Origin: a virus
IMG/VR virus record: IMGVR_UViG_3300048579_000065
DNA length: 64,000 nt
Reading direction: 5' to 3' (one strand)
Shown: piece after piece, positions 7,315-17,084 of the stretch
How the letters are laid out: the number at the start of each line of letters is the position of its first letter
How positions within the stretch are numbered: the stretch's first letter is position 1
Position numbers and translations under genes: made by a program
The notes under the pieces: generated by a model
What the model saw: only the letters and a program-made list of their open reading frames with translations
The model's database searches: none
What the model was told of the DNA's origin: nothing

Positions 7315-9117
7315 ATGCCTATCGAACTTTGGTTATCACATAATAATCTAGCTTTCAGGATCTGTCAAGGTCCAAACTTTAGAGATGAGAAAGAACGTCT
7401 TAAGTTTGTGCTAAATAAGACTCCAATATATAAATTGGATACCTTTGACCATTGGGAAATACCAAAAGCTAATTATAGTAAGCTTAAAGAGGTTTATGCA
7501 GATAGGATTTTAGTCAAGCCCGAGGCTCAAGATTTCATAAAATACTACCAAATTCAGACGGCTAGACTTAAAGATCTTCCTAAAGAGAGGCTAGAAGTAC
7601 AAAGCTTAGATGGAAAAATACTGAAACCCTATCAAGAGGATTGGGTCTGTACATACAGTAAGAGAAAGGGTTTAGCGATTTTTCTAGATACGGGCACGGG
7701 GAAAACTCTTGGAAGTTGCTTAAGATCTGCAAATTTAGGATTTGAACAACTTTTAGTAGTCTGTGGCGCTCAAAATATAGCAGATTGGAAGGAAAACCTA
7801 AGAGCAATCCTTGGGCTAACAGATTGCTTAATCTACACAGGTGAAATACCTAAGAAGAAAAGAAATGAACTTAACTTAGAAAGTCCTAAAGTAATCATCT
7901 GTAACTATGAGATGCTTAAGGAGCTAGAAGGAAAGTTATCTAAGAAGCTTGACTCTATTATAGTAGATGAGGCTCATAATGTTTCTACAGGAAATCAGGC
8001 TGGAAAAGCACTATACAGGATAGTGAGAAAGGCTCAAAAGCTTACTGATGCTTCAGTTCAGGTTATGACGGCTACTCCTAAAGAAGATAGCTTAGAGGAA
8101 CTTTGGACACTAGTTAATCTAGTAAATCCTGAGCTAGCTGGAGATAAGAAAGAGTTTCTTAATAAGTATCAGGAAGTAACAAGATACCAATTAATTAAGC
8201 TTCCAAATGGTAGAGAATGGAGGCAGCCAGCAGGATTTAAGACTAAAAATGAAGCAGAATTGAGAGATTTCATCAGCCGGGCTGGATACAGAGTAAATAA
8301 AGAGTTCTACATTAAGTTTGAAGATATAAGTAGAATTGTTCCTGTAGACATGACAGCTAAGCAGGCTGAGGTCTATAATGAGATTAGAGAAGACCTTTTA
8401 ATACTGTCACAAGATAAGACGTTCTATCTAGAAAATCCTCTAGTGAGGCTAGGAAAGTCCTTAGAGGCCGCTGAGGGTGCTTACAATATCTATCCTGACA
8501 TGATTGAATCAGGAAAGTTAAATTATGCTGAAAAGGAGGTAATTCCAAGTCTTCAGAGGTCTGGAAAAAAAGGAATAATGTTCTTTAGGTATGTGTTAGG
8601 CTCTGAGATTGTTCATAGCTGGATACCTAATTCCTCAGTTCTTATTAATGGATCTGTGCCAAATGACTTAAAACTATTGTCTAGAATGGCCTTTCAAGGT
8701 GCTAAGTCAGATGTTGAAAGAGATGGGTACAAAAGGCTGCTAGAAAAATATCCAGAATTTCCTCATAAAAATCCAGGTGATGCTCAAATCCTAATAGCCA
8801 CATACTCTAAGAGGTCAGGTGCTGGACATAACTATCCAGATGCTGACTCAATGTGGATCTTCAGCTATGATTGGTCAGCTACTTCATTAAGTCAAGCTAT
8901 TGGAAGAAATAAAAGACTTGACAGTAACTTCACAAAGAGTTATACTAACTACATAATCTCGGCTAAAACAGTTGAGACAGAGGCTGTACCACAAATAATC
9001 AAGAAAATCAAGGAAAATTCTGATATGCTTGATGGTGTTGGCAGCTCACAAAGTCTCCGAGCTAGAGAAATAATGTCAATGATAAGGAAAGTAAGATGGA
9101 AGCTGCACTTCTATTAA
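7315..9117 (+). CDS. SNF2/SWI2-family (SF2) helicase-ATPase
   Basis: LDTGTGKT, IVDEAHN, MTATP, GAGHN, QAIGR..R. Confidence 0.9.
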   Translation: MPIELWLSHNNLAFRICQGPNFRDEKERLKFVLNKTPIYKLDTFDHWEIPKANYSKLKEVYADRILVKPEAQDFIKYYQIQTARLKDLPKERLEVQSLDGKILKPYQEDWVCTYSKRKGLAIFLDTGTGKTLGSCLRSANLGFEQLLVVCGAQNIADWKENLRAILGLTDCLIYTGEIPKKKRNELNLESPKVIICNYEMLKELEGKLSKKLDSIIVDEAHNVSTGNQAGKALYRIVRKAQKLTDASVQVMTATPKEDSLEELWTLVNLVNPELAGDKKEFLNKYQEVTRYQLIKLPNGREWRQPAGFKTKNEAELRDFISRAGYRVNKEFYIKFEDISRIVPVDMTAKQAEVYNEIREDLLILSQDKTFYLENPLVRLGKSLEAAEGAYNIYPDMIESGKLNYAEKEVIPSLQRSGKKGIMFFRYVLGSEIVHSWIPNSSVLINGSVPNDLKLLSRMAFQGAKSDVERDGYKRLLEKYPEFPHKNPGDAQILIATYSKRSGAGHNYPDADSMWIFSYDWSATSLSQAIGRNKRLDSNFTKSYTNYIISAKTVETEAVPQIIKKIKENSDMLDGVGSSQSLRAREIMSMIRKVRWKLHFY

Positions 9118-9289
9118 TAGTTTTTAGTGTTTTATGTGCTAATTTGGTTGGTTTAGACAATTGTTTGAGTATAAGAAAATTGAATCAAAGAATTGAAAAA
9201 TTAGAGAGGGTAGAAAAATAGACTTACTTAATTTACTTCAAAATAATAAAAAAGGTGGCCTAGTATTTCCTGCTATCCGAGAATCAAGG

Positions 9290-10084
9290 ATGAGGAAGGA
9301 TTTCAAGCAAAGGAAGGAAAAAAAGGAGTGGTATGGCAAGCTGGCTAGCCCTTCTAAAATGTCCTTCAATGAATGTCCTTATGAGTATTATTCAACTATT
9401 AATGATCCAAATAAGCCTCAAAAGTATACTAATGTAGATCCTGAGAGTCTTGTATATAAGGCTCATAACGGCCATGCTAAACATGCTGAGTTTCAAGAAG
9501 ACCTGAAAAACCTTGATGTACCTTGGCTAAAATTATTCAAAGATCCTGGGCTAGATAAGATCCATCCTAAAATTGCTGAAAAAATGCTTAAGCATAACAA
9601 GCAATATCAAGGTTGTATTGAGTTTCCACTTTACTTCGAAAAATATGACATTTTAAGTTATATTGATGCTATTGTAGACAGAGGTGACAATCATCCCATT
9701 CCAGGTGACTTTAAGATTAAGCACTATACAGCAAAGATCTTTAAGGATAGGGTAGAAAAAAATGAAATTGTAGATGATACAAATTTTACTCAGATTTGTG
9801 TGTACATGTTTGGGCTAAATGAATCAAAAATATTTGAAAAACCTGTAAAGGAAGGTTGGCTCTGGTATTACAACTCTCCTGAAGTCGGCGAGCTAAGTGC
9901 TGAAAAAGAATACAAGATTGATTTTGTACCAGAATTACAAGAATTAACAAAATACCTGCTTGACGAACACCTAAAAGCTGCTAATCTATGTAAAGAAACC
10001 ACGCTAAAACATGATTCTAATGATTGTGGTTATAGGTTTTGTGGAGAGTCTAGGAGGCTAGATACAAAGAAATGGTACAAGTAG
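9290..10084 (+). CDS. PD-(D/E)xK exonuclease (RecB/Cas4-like)
   Basis: SPSK...CPY, YIDAI, GDFKIK, QI.VY, C-terminal C...C. Confidence 0.75.
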   Translation: MRKDFKQRKEKKEWYGKLASPSKMSFNECPYEYYSTINDPNKPQKYTNVDPESLVYKAHNGHAKHAEFQEDLKNLDVPWLKLFKDPGLDKIHPKIAEKMLKHNKQYQGCIEFPLYFEKYDILSYIDAIVDRGDNHPIPGDFKIKHYTAKIFKDRVEKNEIVDDTNFTQICVYMFGLNESKIFEKPVKEGWLWYYNSPEVGELSAEKEYKIDFVPELQELTKYLLDEHLKAANLCKETTLKHDSNDCGYRFCGESRRLDTKKWYK

Positions 10085-10806
10085 AAGAAAAGAGAATAAG
10101 AGCTTGGCATTTCCTACCAAATAATGGATTTGTTAAAAGATTAAATACAAAAGCTGAGAAAGGACTAATAATTACCCATGAAGGCCCTATAAACATTTGC
10201 AAAACCGGGCTACATGCTTCTATAAGGGCAATTGATGCTTTAGCTTATGCTCCAGGTCATATGGCTAGTATTGTAGAAATTTGGGGTGATGTCCAGTCTC
10301 AAGATGATAAAATCTGTGGAAGAAACAGAGAAATCATTGAGTTATTTGAAGCCAGAGATGTTTTAAATAGATTTGCTTGTAATGAAGCAAAAATGGCTTT
10401 AGATTTGAGAAAAGAAAGTGGATTTAATGTAGATCCTAGAAGTTATGAAGCCATAAGAGTTAAGCTTCTATGGCTAGATGGTAAGGCTAGTGATCAGGAA
10501 TTGAGAGAAGCTAGACAGGCTGCTGCTGCTGCTGCTGCTGCTAATGCTGCTTATGCTGCTGCTTGGGCTGCTGCTGCTGCTGCTGATGCTGCTGATGCTG
10601 ATGCTGCTGCTGCTGCTGCTAATGCTGCTTATGCTGCTGCTGCTAATGCTGCTTATGCTGCTGCTTATGCTGCTGCTTATGCTGCTGCTTATGCTGCTGA
10701 TGCTGCTTATGCTGCTTATGCTGCTTATGCTGCTGCTTATGCTGCTTATAAACAAAAACAAAATGAAAGACTTGAAGAGGCCTTGCTAAAATGCATAAAG
10801 CCTTAA
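10072..10806 (+). CDS. phage protein with C..GLHAS N-domain, Imm5-like helical domain and Ala-rich repeat
   Basis: ICKTGLHAS..AIDALAY; FAC.EA....DPRS.EAI......G.AS..EL; poly-Ala/AY tract. Confidence 0.6.
   Translation: MVQVEEKRIRAWHFLPNNGFVKRLNTKAEKGLIITHEGPINICKTGLHASIRAIDALAYAPGHMASIVEIWGDVQSQDDKICGRNREIIELFEARDVLNRFACNEAKMALDLRKESGFNVDPRSYEAIRVKLLWLDGKASDQELREARQAAAAAAAANAAYAAAWAAAAAADAADADAAAAAANAAYAAAANAAYAAAYAAAYAAAYAADAAYAAYAAYAAAYAAYKQKQNERLEEALLKCIKP
10519..10749 (+). repeat. in-frame (GCT)n tract interrupted by TAT/AAT/GAT/TGG codons
   Basis: seen directly; about 77 codons. Confidence 0.95.
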
Positions 10807-11663
10807 TTAGTATTACAACCTTTAAGAAAACTAAGGCTTTACAAGCTTTGCTAGAAAGTCTTGTAAAACATGGTTATAGTGAATTTCCAATAGTTGTAGC
10901 AGACGATTGGTCAAATCAGAAAGATCAGTTTGGGCTAAGTGCTTCAGACGTGCTAGAAGAATTTAGAGGAAAATTTGCTAGTCTTAAGCTTTGCTATAAT
11001 GATAAGTCTTTCCAGCTTGGTATATCAAGGAATAAAAACAGAGGAATTAGGGAGTTTCTAAAAGAGCCTGAATATGAAAGTATTTTAATGTTAGATGATG
11101 ATGTTCTGATGATGAGGCGTGGCTATATTGAATATTGCCTAGAAGTATCAAAAAAATGCAATATTGGTCATCTTAATGGATATTGGACTGATTTTAATCA
11201 AGAAAGGTTTGAGTCAGATAAGCTTGTAGGACTATCGGGGCTAAACTGGCACAAAGACTTCTCTATTAAAGCATTCCTATATGATCCTGAGACAGATACT
11301 GATTTAGTCTCAATACACAATGGAACCCAAGGGTGTGCTGTCTGGGTTTCAAGAGACTTAATGGTAAAAACTGGTTATTTTAACAAGATGCCCTACACAT
11401 ATGGGATGGAGCATTCGCTAGCTAGCGCTAGGATGAATATGATAGAAAACCTACCACCTGAACAATTCCCTGTATTAAGAAGGTGTCATTACTGGATAAT
11501 GGGCCAAAATATACCTAATGATTATGATATTAGCCATGAAAAACTAAACACTATTCAAACACAAGCATACCAGGCTGGGCTAAGAGATGTCTACGCTGGT
11601 AGAGAATTACTACAAACTGAAAGTCATTTGCCTAAAAAAGGAGAAATAGTAACATGTCTATAG
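10791..11663 (+). CDS. GT-A (GT2-like) glycosyltransferase
   Basis: IVVADD, GISRNKN, ILMLDDD (DxD) motifs. Confidence 0.8.
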   Translation: MHKALISITTFKKTKALQALLESLVKHGYSEFPIVVADDWSNQKDQFGLSASDVLEEFRGKFASLKLCYNDKSFQLGISRNKNRGIREFLKEPEYESILMLDDDVLMMRRGYIEYCLEVSKKCNIGHLNGYWTDFNQERFESDKLVGLSGLNWHKDFSIKAFLYDPETDTDLVSIHNGTQGCAVWVSRDLMVKTGYFNKMPYTYGMEHSLASARMNMIENLPPEQFPVLRRCHYWIMGQNIPNDYDISHEKLNTIQTQAYQAGLRDVYAGRELLQTESHLPKKGEIVTCL

Positions 11664-11917
11664 AATTTGAACTTACTTATAGAGTAAGAGACAATGGTGA
11701 TGGTTCAGCCTCTGTTCTCTTTTATAAAGAAGAATCAGAGGCTCAAAAGTCAGAAGAGGATGATGATCAACCATTTTGTGAGTCAATTGGAAGTTTGACA
11801 CTAAAAGTAAAAGATAATAAACTATTTTTCCGAGATTTTGAAGAAATTAATGGTGTTTACCAATATGTCTGGAAACCTGTAAAAATTAAGGCTAATACAA
11901 AGAGAAAAGAAGGCTAA
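11654..11917 (+). CDS. hypothetical protein
   Basis: ORF track; AGGAG upstream. Confidence 0.6.
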   Translation: MSIEFELTYRVRDNGDGSASVLFYKEESEAQKSEEDDDQPFCESIGSLTLKVKDNKLFFRDFEEINGVYQYVWKPVKIKANTKRKEG

Positions 11918-11963
11918 AAGCCTTACATTTAGAACTTTTGGAGATTCAAGAGTCTTTAAGGTG

Positions 11964-11992
11964 TTGACAAACTAATCCCCATCAATTATCAT
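11964..11992 (+). promoter_or_regulatory. sigma70 early promoter
   Basis: TTGACA-N17-TATCAT. Confidence 0.75.
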
Positions 11993-12019
11993 GTAAGTAA
12001 TTGATAGGAGATTAAACCA

Positions 12020-12493
12020 ATGAAAAAATATCTTTTAGCCATCAAAGATCATGGTATGTTTACATATCTTACTGAAGAAGAAAGACAAGTTGTAGCTGAC
12101 AACTTTAATAAGCACAAATATCAGGTTGCTTATAGTGAAGTTGATGAACCACCTAACACTTATAAAGAATTTATCAAGGTTATATCTGAGCTAAATGCTG
12201 AGGAAAAACAACTTTTGGCTGAAATATGGAAAAACTCAGTATGGAAAAGAGCTGAAGCATCTACATATAAGCTATACCCCAACTCTATAGAGAAATCACT
12301 TGAAGACAAAGGCCTGCTAAAACGACTTTACTCAAGTACCGGTAATTCTTATAGATATGATCTGCCTGAAAGATTAAATGGAAGACAGGCATTAGATATT
12401 TTGCTAGATGGCTTGACATTTATTCCAAAGGTAAGTACTATTCAGGAATCAAGTGATTATCTTGAATGTCTTGAATATCAAGGAGTTTCATAA
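12020..12493 (+). CDS. hypothetical protein
   Basis: AGGAG RBS directly after the promoter. Confidence 0.7.
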   Translation: MKKYLLAIKDHGMFTYLTEEERQVVADNFNKHKYQVAYSEVDEPPNTYKEFIKVISELNAEEKQLLAEIWKNSVWKRAEASTYKLYPNSIEKSLEDKGLLKRLYSSTGNSYRYDLPERLNGRQALDILLDGLTFIPKVSTIQESSDYLECLEYQGVS

Positions 12494-12494
12494 T

Positions 12495-13919
12495 ATGCCA
12501 CAGGTTAAAATAGGTCCAAGCTACTTCCAACAAGCTTTCAAAGACTACTCCAATTGGTGCTGGGCATGGGCTAGAGAGATTATGCAAAATTGCATAGATG
12601 CTCCTGGTTGCAATAAGATTGATATTGTCACAACTCCTAGCTTTGAGAAGGAGTACATTATCTCGGTTACTAATAATGGTATCCCCATGACTAGAGACAT
12701 ATTAGAGAACAAGTTCTTATCTCTAGGTGAGTCTGGCAAGCGCTTTGAAGGCTCAGTAGGGGGATTTGGTAAGGCCAAAGAGCTAATAGCTTTCTGTCAT
12801 AAGGCATGGACTATTAGAACTGGAAACCTAGTCTGTACAGGCGAAGGAGGAGACTATCAAATAATTGAGACTAAGGATTACTTTCATGGCACTAGAACTG
12901 AAGTAATCATTGATGAGTCTTGGGTAATGGATAGACTCATCTCATGGGCTAATAAAGCTGACTGGTCAGGAACCCTGACTATAAACGGAGAAGTAATTCC
13001 AACAAACTTTGGTGCTGGAAAACTCAGAAAGGAATTTAATTGGGGTAAAGTCTACACTAAAGGTGTCTGTAATGGTATGTCTAGCCACCTGATAGCTAGA
13101 GTCAATGGTATGCCTATGTTTCATCAATACATTAACTATCCCGATGGAGTTATTGTCATTGAGCTTACAGACTCAAGAATTTTACAATCTAATCGTGACA
13201 ATCTAGTATGGGAGGCCCAAAGGGAGCTAAATAAGTTTATTGAAGATGTTTCAATGAGCAAGAGTGCTGCCTTCAAAGAATCAAAGAATGTTAAGAAAGT
13301 AATCTTTAAGGGTTATCAGCTTTCAGGTAAGTATGTCAAGGAAGGTGAAAGCAATCCAGTTATCATGGCTGCTGAGACTAAAACCAATATCAATGCAACC
13401 TCAGAAAAGGCTGAAAAGTTTCTAGAAACAATTGTTCCAAGACAAGTAGATAGCGATGGCTATGATTCAACTAGCTTCCGTCCTAGATTCTTTCTCAGGA
13501 TTGAAGATGAAATCAATGTACCTCTAGGCTGTCAACCTGATAATTTCTCTAAGAATAGCTTGACTCTCCTTAACAACTGGGCTAACATCTTAGTTGAATT
13601 AGTCACATTGCTTAAGGGTTATCAACAATTCTCAGTTGGTTTTGTCTTTAGTGATGATGCTCGGGCTGCATATGAATATGACAGCAATTGGGGGAATATA
13701 CTGTATGTTAATCCTCTCAAGGCCAACAAATCAATCAACTATTGGACTAAAGAAAACTATTGGGAATTAGTGTCAGCCGCTGCTCATGAAACAGTACACA
13801 TGCTAGGCTATGACAGACATGATGAGAAGTATGCCAGCAAGTTAATAACAGAAGTCATGGCTATCTGCTTAGCAAACCGGGCTAAACTGCAACCTAAGAA
13901 ACTACAGGAGTTCAAATAA
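12495..13919 (+). CDS. GHKL (HATPase_c) ATPase with C-terminal HExxH zincin-like domain
   Basis: REIMQNCIDA, NNG..M, GESGK...VGGFGKA; AHETVHMLG...HD; start moved to MPQV after AGGAG. Confidence 0.75.
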   Translation: MPQVKIGPSYFQQAFKDYSNWCWAWAREIMQNCIDAPGCNKIDIVTTPSFEKEYIISVTNNGIPMTRDILENKFLSLGESGKRFEGSVGGFGKAKELIAFCHKAWTIRTGNLVCTGEGGDYQIIETKDYFHGTRTEVIIDESWVMDRLISWANKADWSGTLTINGEVIPTNFGAGKLRKEFNWGKVYTKGVCNGMSSHLIARVNGMPMFHQYINYPDGVIVIELTDSRILQSNRDNLVWEAQRELNKFIEDVSMSKSAAFKESKNVKKVIFKGYQLSGKYVKEGESNPVIMAAETKTNINATSEKAEKFLETIVPRQVDSDGYDSTSFRPRFFLRIEDEINVPLGCQPDNFSKNSLTLLNNWANILVELVTLLKGYQQFSVGFVFSDDARAAYEYDSNWGNILYVNPLKANKSINYWTKENYWELVSAAAHETVHMLGYDRHDEKYASKLITEVMAICLANRAKLQPKKLQEFK

Positions 13920-14122
13920 TGAAAGCTCAAATACTAAAGGAAAAATTAATCAAGCTTAGGGACAGTAATTGGGAAATGGAGAAAACTTTAAGACATTACA
14001 ATATAAATGGTAAAGGAATTACAGTACAAGAAATAGAATGCCAGCAAATGGGTCATGCTGCCAACATGTTAATTGGTTGGCTAGATGATTTAGTATATAA
14101 TCAAGATTTGGAGCTAAAATAG
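13919..14122 (+). CDS. hypothetical protein
   Basis: ORF track. Confidence 0.55.
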   Translation: MKAQILKEKLIKLRDSNWEMEKTLRHYNINGKGITVQEIECQQMGHAANMLIGWLDDLVYNQDLELK

Positions 14123-14123
14123 A

Positions 14124-14618
14124 ATGCTTAAAACTATAACAATGAAACAAATAATGTCATGGGGACCATGTGAAAGGTCAAATCCAAGTCAATATGCTGG
14201 AGAAAATTGGCAAGGCAATGCACTAAAGATACTAAACAACCCCAATATTCCAGAAAATGATAAATTATGGGTTGTTTTAAGGAAGGAGTGTTTGTCTGAC
14301 AAGACTTTAAGACTTTTTGCAGTATTTTGTGCAAGAGAAGCTATTCAGACCTCTGGTCTGAATGATCCAAGAAGTCTGAAAGCTGTTGATGTTGCTGAAC
14401 TGCACGCCCATGGGCGTGCTAGTGATCGGGAATTGAGAGAAGCTAGGCAGGCTGCTGCTGATGCTGCTGCTTGGGCTGATGCTGCTGCTGATGCTGCTTA
14501 TGCTGCTGCTGATGCTGCTTATGCTGCTGCTTATGCTGCTGATGCTGCTGTTAGAAAACAAGCTAGAAAAGATCAAGTCAAACAACTAATCAAACTTATT
14601 TTAGAATATGAGGCCTAA
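14124..14618 (+). CDS. Imm5-like helical protein with Ala-rich repeat
   Basis: LRLFAVFCAREA....DPRSL.AV.VA..HA.G.AS..EL; paralogous to the C-half of 10072..10806. Confidence 0.6.
   Translation: MLKTITMKQIMSWGPCERSNPSQYAGENWQGNALKILNNPNIPENDKLWVVLRKECLSDKTLRLFAVFCAREAIQTSGLNDPRSLKAVDVAELHAHGRASDRELREARQAAADAAAWADAAADAAYAAADAAYAAAYAADAAVRKQARKDQVKQLIKLILEYEA
14451..14549 (+). repeat. in-frame (GCT)n tract with GAT/TAT/TGG interruptions
   Basis: seen directly. Confidence 0.9.
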
Positions 14619-14853
14619 CCAATGAAACTATTATTCTCAACCTTATTGCTAATGTTAGGTTTCTGTGGTATTGTAACATCAATCGGGCTAAACATTCTAG
14701 CCGCGCTAGTCTCAATAGGAGGTCTTAAGTGAATATTGGAGATAGTGTAGCATATTCAGTACAATTCTTGGAAAGTATAGGTATGTCTGATTCGGAGCTA
14801 GCACATGCTAGAGGAAAAATTGAAGCATTAATACAAAATTTTCAAATTGCTAA

Positions 14854-14882
14854 TTGACAAATATCAATAACCTTGATACTAT
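14854..14882 (+). promoter_or_regulatory. sigma70 early promoter
   Basis: TTGACA-N17-TACTAT. Confidence 0.7.
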
Positions 14883-14913
14883 CTAAATATCACCAATTTT
14901 GAGGGCTAACAAA

Positions 14914-15324
14914 ATGTTACAAGATACTATTAATGAACCAACAAGCCTAGATGATGTTTTGGCTAACACATTGGGCTGGGAAGTAATGGAAAAGCCAATG
15001 TTTTACAAGGATCTTGATGGTAGTACGGACATACCATCAGATAAGAAGATTACACAAAAGGATGCTGAAAAGGCTCTTGAAGATGACGAAAGAAAGCCTA
15101 GAATGTTAGATCCTATCATTCATCTATTTCACAATGGAATAGGTCATGATCTGGAAGGATTCAAAGGCACAGGGCTAGCCCTTTGGAATGCAATAACTGA
15201 GCATAACAACCACTATTCAGGCTCTAAGAGCACATATGATAGCCGGGTGGAATCAGTATTGTTCGGAGCTGGATCTAGAATCAACGAAAAGGCTGAAAGT
15301 GCAATACTAGCACTGGCTAAATGA
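14914..15324 (+). pseudogene. DUF932/TIGR03299-like protein with large in-frame internal deletion
   Basis: LGWEVMEKP N-motif joined directly to the GT..ALWNAITEH..H...R..S.LFG C-motif; only 136 aa. Confidence 0.5.
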
Positions 15325-15678
15325 ATTTTATAATAATCTTAAGCCAGAAAGCCAGGTTAAATTTGACATGATTAGTCTACCAAAACTAGTAGATTTTGCT
15401 TACAAACATTGTAAGATTGGAGCTTAAGGTGTCTAGACTAATCACACTATCTCTTGAAGGCTATACACCTGAACAAACCGGGCTAGAATATCCAAAAGAT
15501 GTTTGGATGTTTGTTTTACCAATTACTCATGTAAAATCTGGTTTTAGTGGGGATCTGGTAGTAAGAAATACAAACAAAATTAATAGTGGTCATGATATAG
15601 TAATAGGAACTTTCAGAAGGAAGAAACTAGTTACTATAGTATAAGATCAATATTAAACTTTTTTGAAGGGGGTCTAAA

Positions 15679-16047
15679 ATGATCATAACATCACCTAAAA
15701 CCATTTCGCCTGAGCTGCTAGAAACTATCTCAGACAACCTGAGAGAAGCTGAAACAGTCTTTACAGAGATAGAAAACATAGTGAATCTAGCCAATGATGT
15801 TGAAGTCTTGGCAGATGATCTAGGGGAGGATTTTTCAGCAGATCTGGATAAATACATGCTAGATGAAGAAAAGGGAGAAAAACAGACTAAATTTATTGTG
15901 AAATGGGGAGAAAGACTGGAAAAGCTTGAAGAAAAGGTGAAAGAACTGGTTCGTGTAGTGGAAAGACAGGACTATTATACAAATAACACTAAACCTCGGC
16001 CGCTAGAGATTCTAGACAAATTAGAAAGAGAAGTATTGACAAACTAG
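15679..16047 (+). CDS. hypothetical acidic protein
   Basis: ORF track; GGGGGTCTAAA leader. Confidence 0.65.
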   Translation: MIITSPKTISPELLETISDNLREAETVFTEIENIVNLANDVEVLADDLGEDFSADLDKYMLDEEKGEKQTKFIVKWGERLEKLEEKVKELVRVVERQDYYTNNTKPRPLEILDKLEREVLTN

Positions 16048-16064
16048 ATAACCTGAGTGATAAT
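16036..16064 (+). promoter_or_regulatory. sigma70 early promoter
   Basis: TTGACA-N17-GATAAT. Confidence 0.6.
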
Positions 16065-16280
16065 GTAGAAACAAGGTGCAAAACAGAGCCAGACGCTGAC
16101 TAGTAGGAAAGACTACTTCCCACTCAACGTTAGAGGAAAAATAAGGAAACTAAGTAGCTCATGAATGCTAGTTTCTGGGGATTATAAAGTGTCTAGTTTG
16201 TTAGTTGGTTAAATGTAGTAATAACTAATTAATGGTTAGACTACAGCCTTGATTCTATTTTATTAGCGAGGAGAGATCAG

Positions 16281-16565
16281 ATGACTACAACACAATTTGA
16301 AGAACAAGCAAGCATATCCAAAGCAGTTAAGCCTTTCATGATATGTGCGAAGCTGCTAAATAAACTTCAATCTATCTTACAGGTTGCATATGAATACAAC
16401 TTGACAACTGAAAAGGTGTTAGATGAAATGGTTTTCATTTGCTCTGATAAGCAAGATAATGTAAATTATCTTCAAGGCTTGAAAAGAGCAATAATCAAGA
16501 AAGAGGAAGTTTTGGCTGAACTCAGAAAAGAAGTAGAAAAGCAAATAGAGGAGCTAAGCAAATGA
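16281..16565 (+). CDS. hypothetical protein
   Basis: GAGGAG RBS. Confidence 0.65.
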   Translation: MTTTQFEEQASISKAVKPFMICAKLLNKLQSILQVAYEYNLTTEKVLDEMVFICSDKQDNVNYLQGLKRAIIKKEEVLAELRKEVEKQIEELSK

Positions 16566-16720
16566 ACAAGAAACTACAGATGATCTCAATAACAGTGCAT
16601 GGCAGGCTTTATACTGCCTTTGTTGAAATGACTGGAAACCAATTGTCTATGAAGGCTTTGTATGACATTTTTCCAATTCTGAGCACATTACGACGTGGTG
16701 ACACATATTCAAGGGGCTAA
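16562..16720 (+). CDS. small hypothetical protein (52 aa, not in ORF track)
   Basis: ATG overlapping the upstream stop; GAGGAG upstream. Confidence 0.5.
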   Translation: MNKKLQMISITVHGRLYTAFVEMTGNQLSMKALYDIFPILSTLRRGDTYSRG

Positions 16721-16724
16721 ATAA

Positions 16725-17063
16725 ATGACAACAGAAACTAAACTTATGTACTCAAATCCTAGAAAAGAAGTAACAATTGAAAACTGGCCAAGTGGCGGCC
16801 AAATAGTCACGGCTAATTTCTCAGTGGAAGTAAATAAGAAGGGTGAAAGGGGTGTCCGGCAAACAACTGGAAAACCTAAGAAGCTTACATATGCTAGAAA
16901 GGTTGTATTTGCTGATGGATCAGACGGCCGACTATATGTCCTAGAACTCGGCTGCTACAATAACGCTATCAGTGTTATGCGTGGAACTTTCGACCATAGC
17001 CAAGAATACATAACAGAAACAGACGAAAGACATGCTGATTTAATGAAATTTTTCCTTGACTAA
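16725..17063 (+). CDS. hypothetical protein
   Basis: AGGGGCTAA leader. Confidence 0.7.
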   Translation: MTTETKLMYSNPRKEVTIENWPSGGQIVTANFSVEVNKKGERGVRQTTGKPKKLTYARKVVFADGSDGRLYVLELGCYNNAISVMRGTFDHSQEYITETDERHADLMKFFLD

Positions 17064-17084
17064 TAATTAGGTTAGTGTTAGTCT
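17056..17084 (+). promoter_or_regulatory. sigma70 early promoter
   Basis: TTGACT-N17-TAGTCT. Confidence 0.55.

Noticed and set aside
9290-10084. CRISPR-Cas locus around the Cas4-like nuclease
   Set aside because: No repeat-spacer array or other cas genes are seen. Stand-alone PD-(D/E)xK exonucleases are normal in phage replication modules.
10474-10789. Poly-Ser and poly-Leu ORFs (10474..10761 -, 10544..10789 +, 14307..14585 -)
   Set aside because: These are alternative-frame shadows of the GCT tracts.
10486-14549. Diversity-generating retroelement template/variable repeat pair
   Set aside because: No reverse transcriptase in the window. The shared part is only 42 nt, and the rest is low-complexity GCT repeat.
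16075-16120. c-di-GMP-I riboswitch (GCAAA, GACGC and GAAA words)
   Set aside because: The elements are in the wrong order, and the P1/P2 pairing cannot be built.
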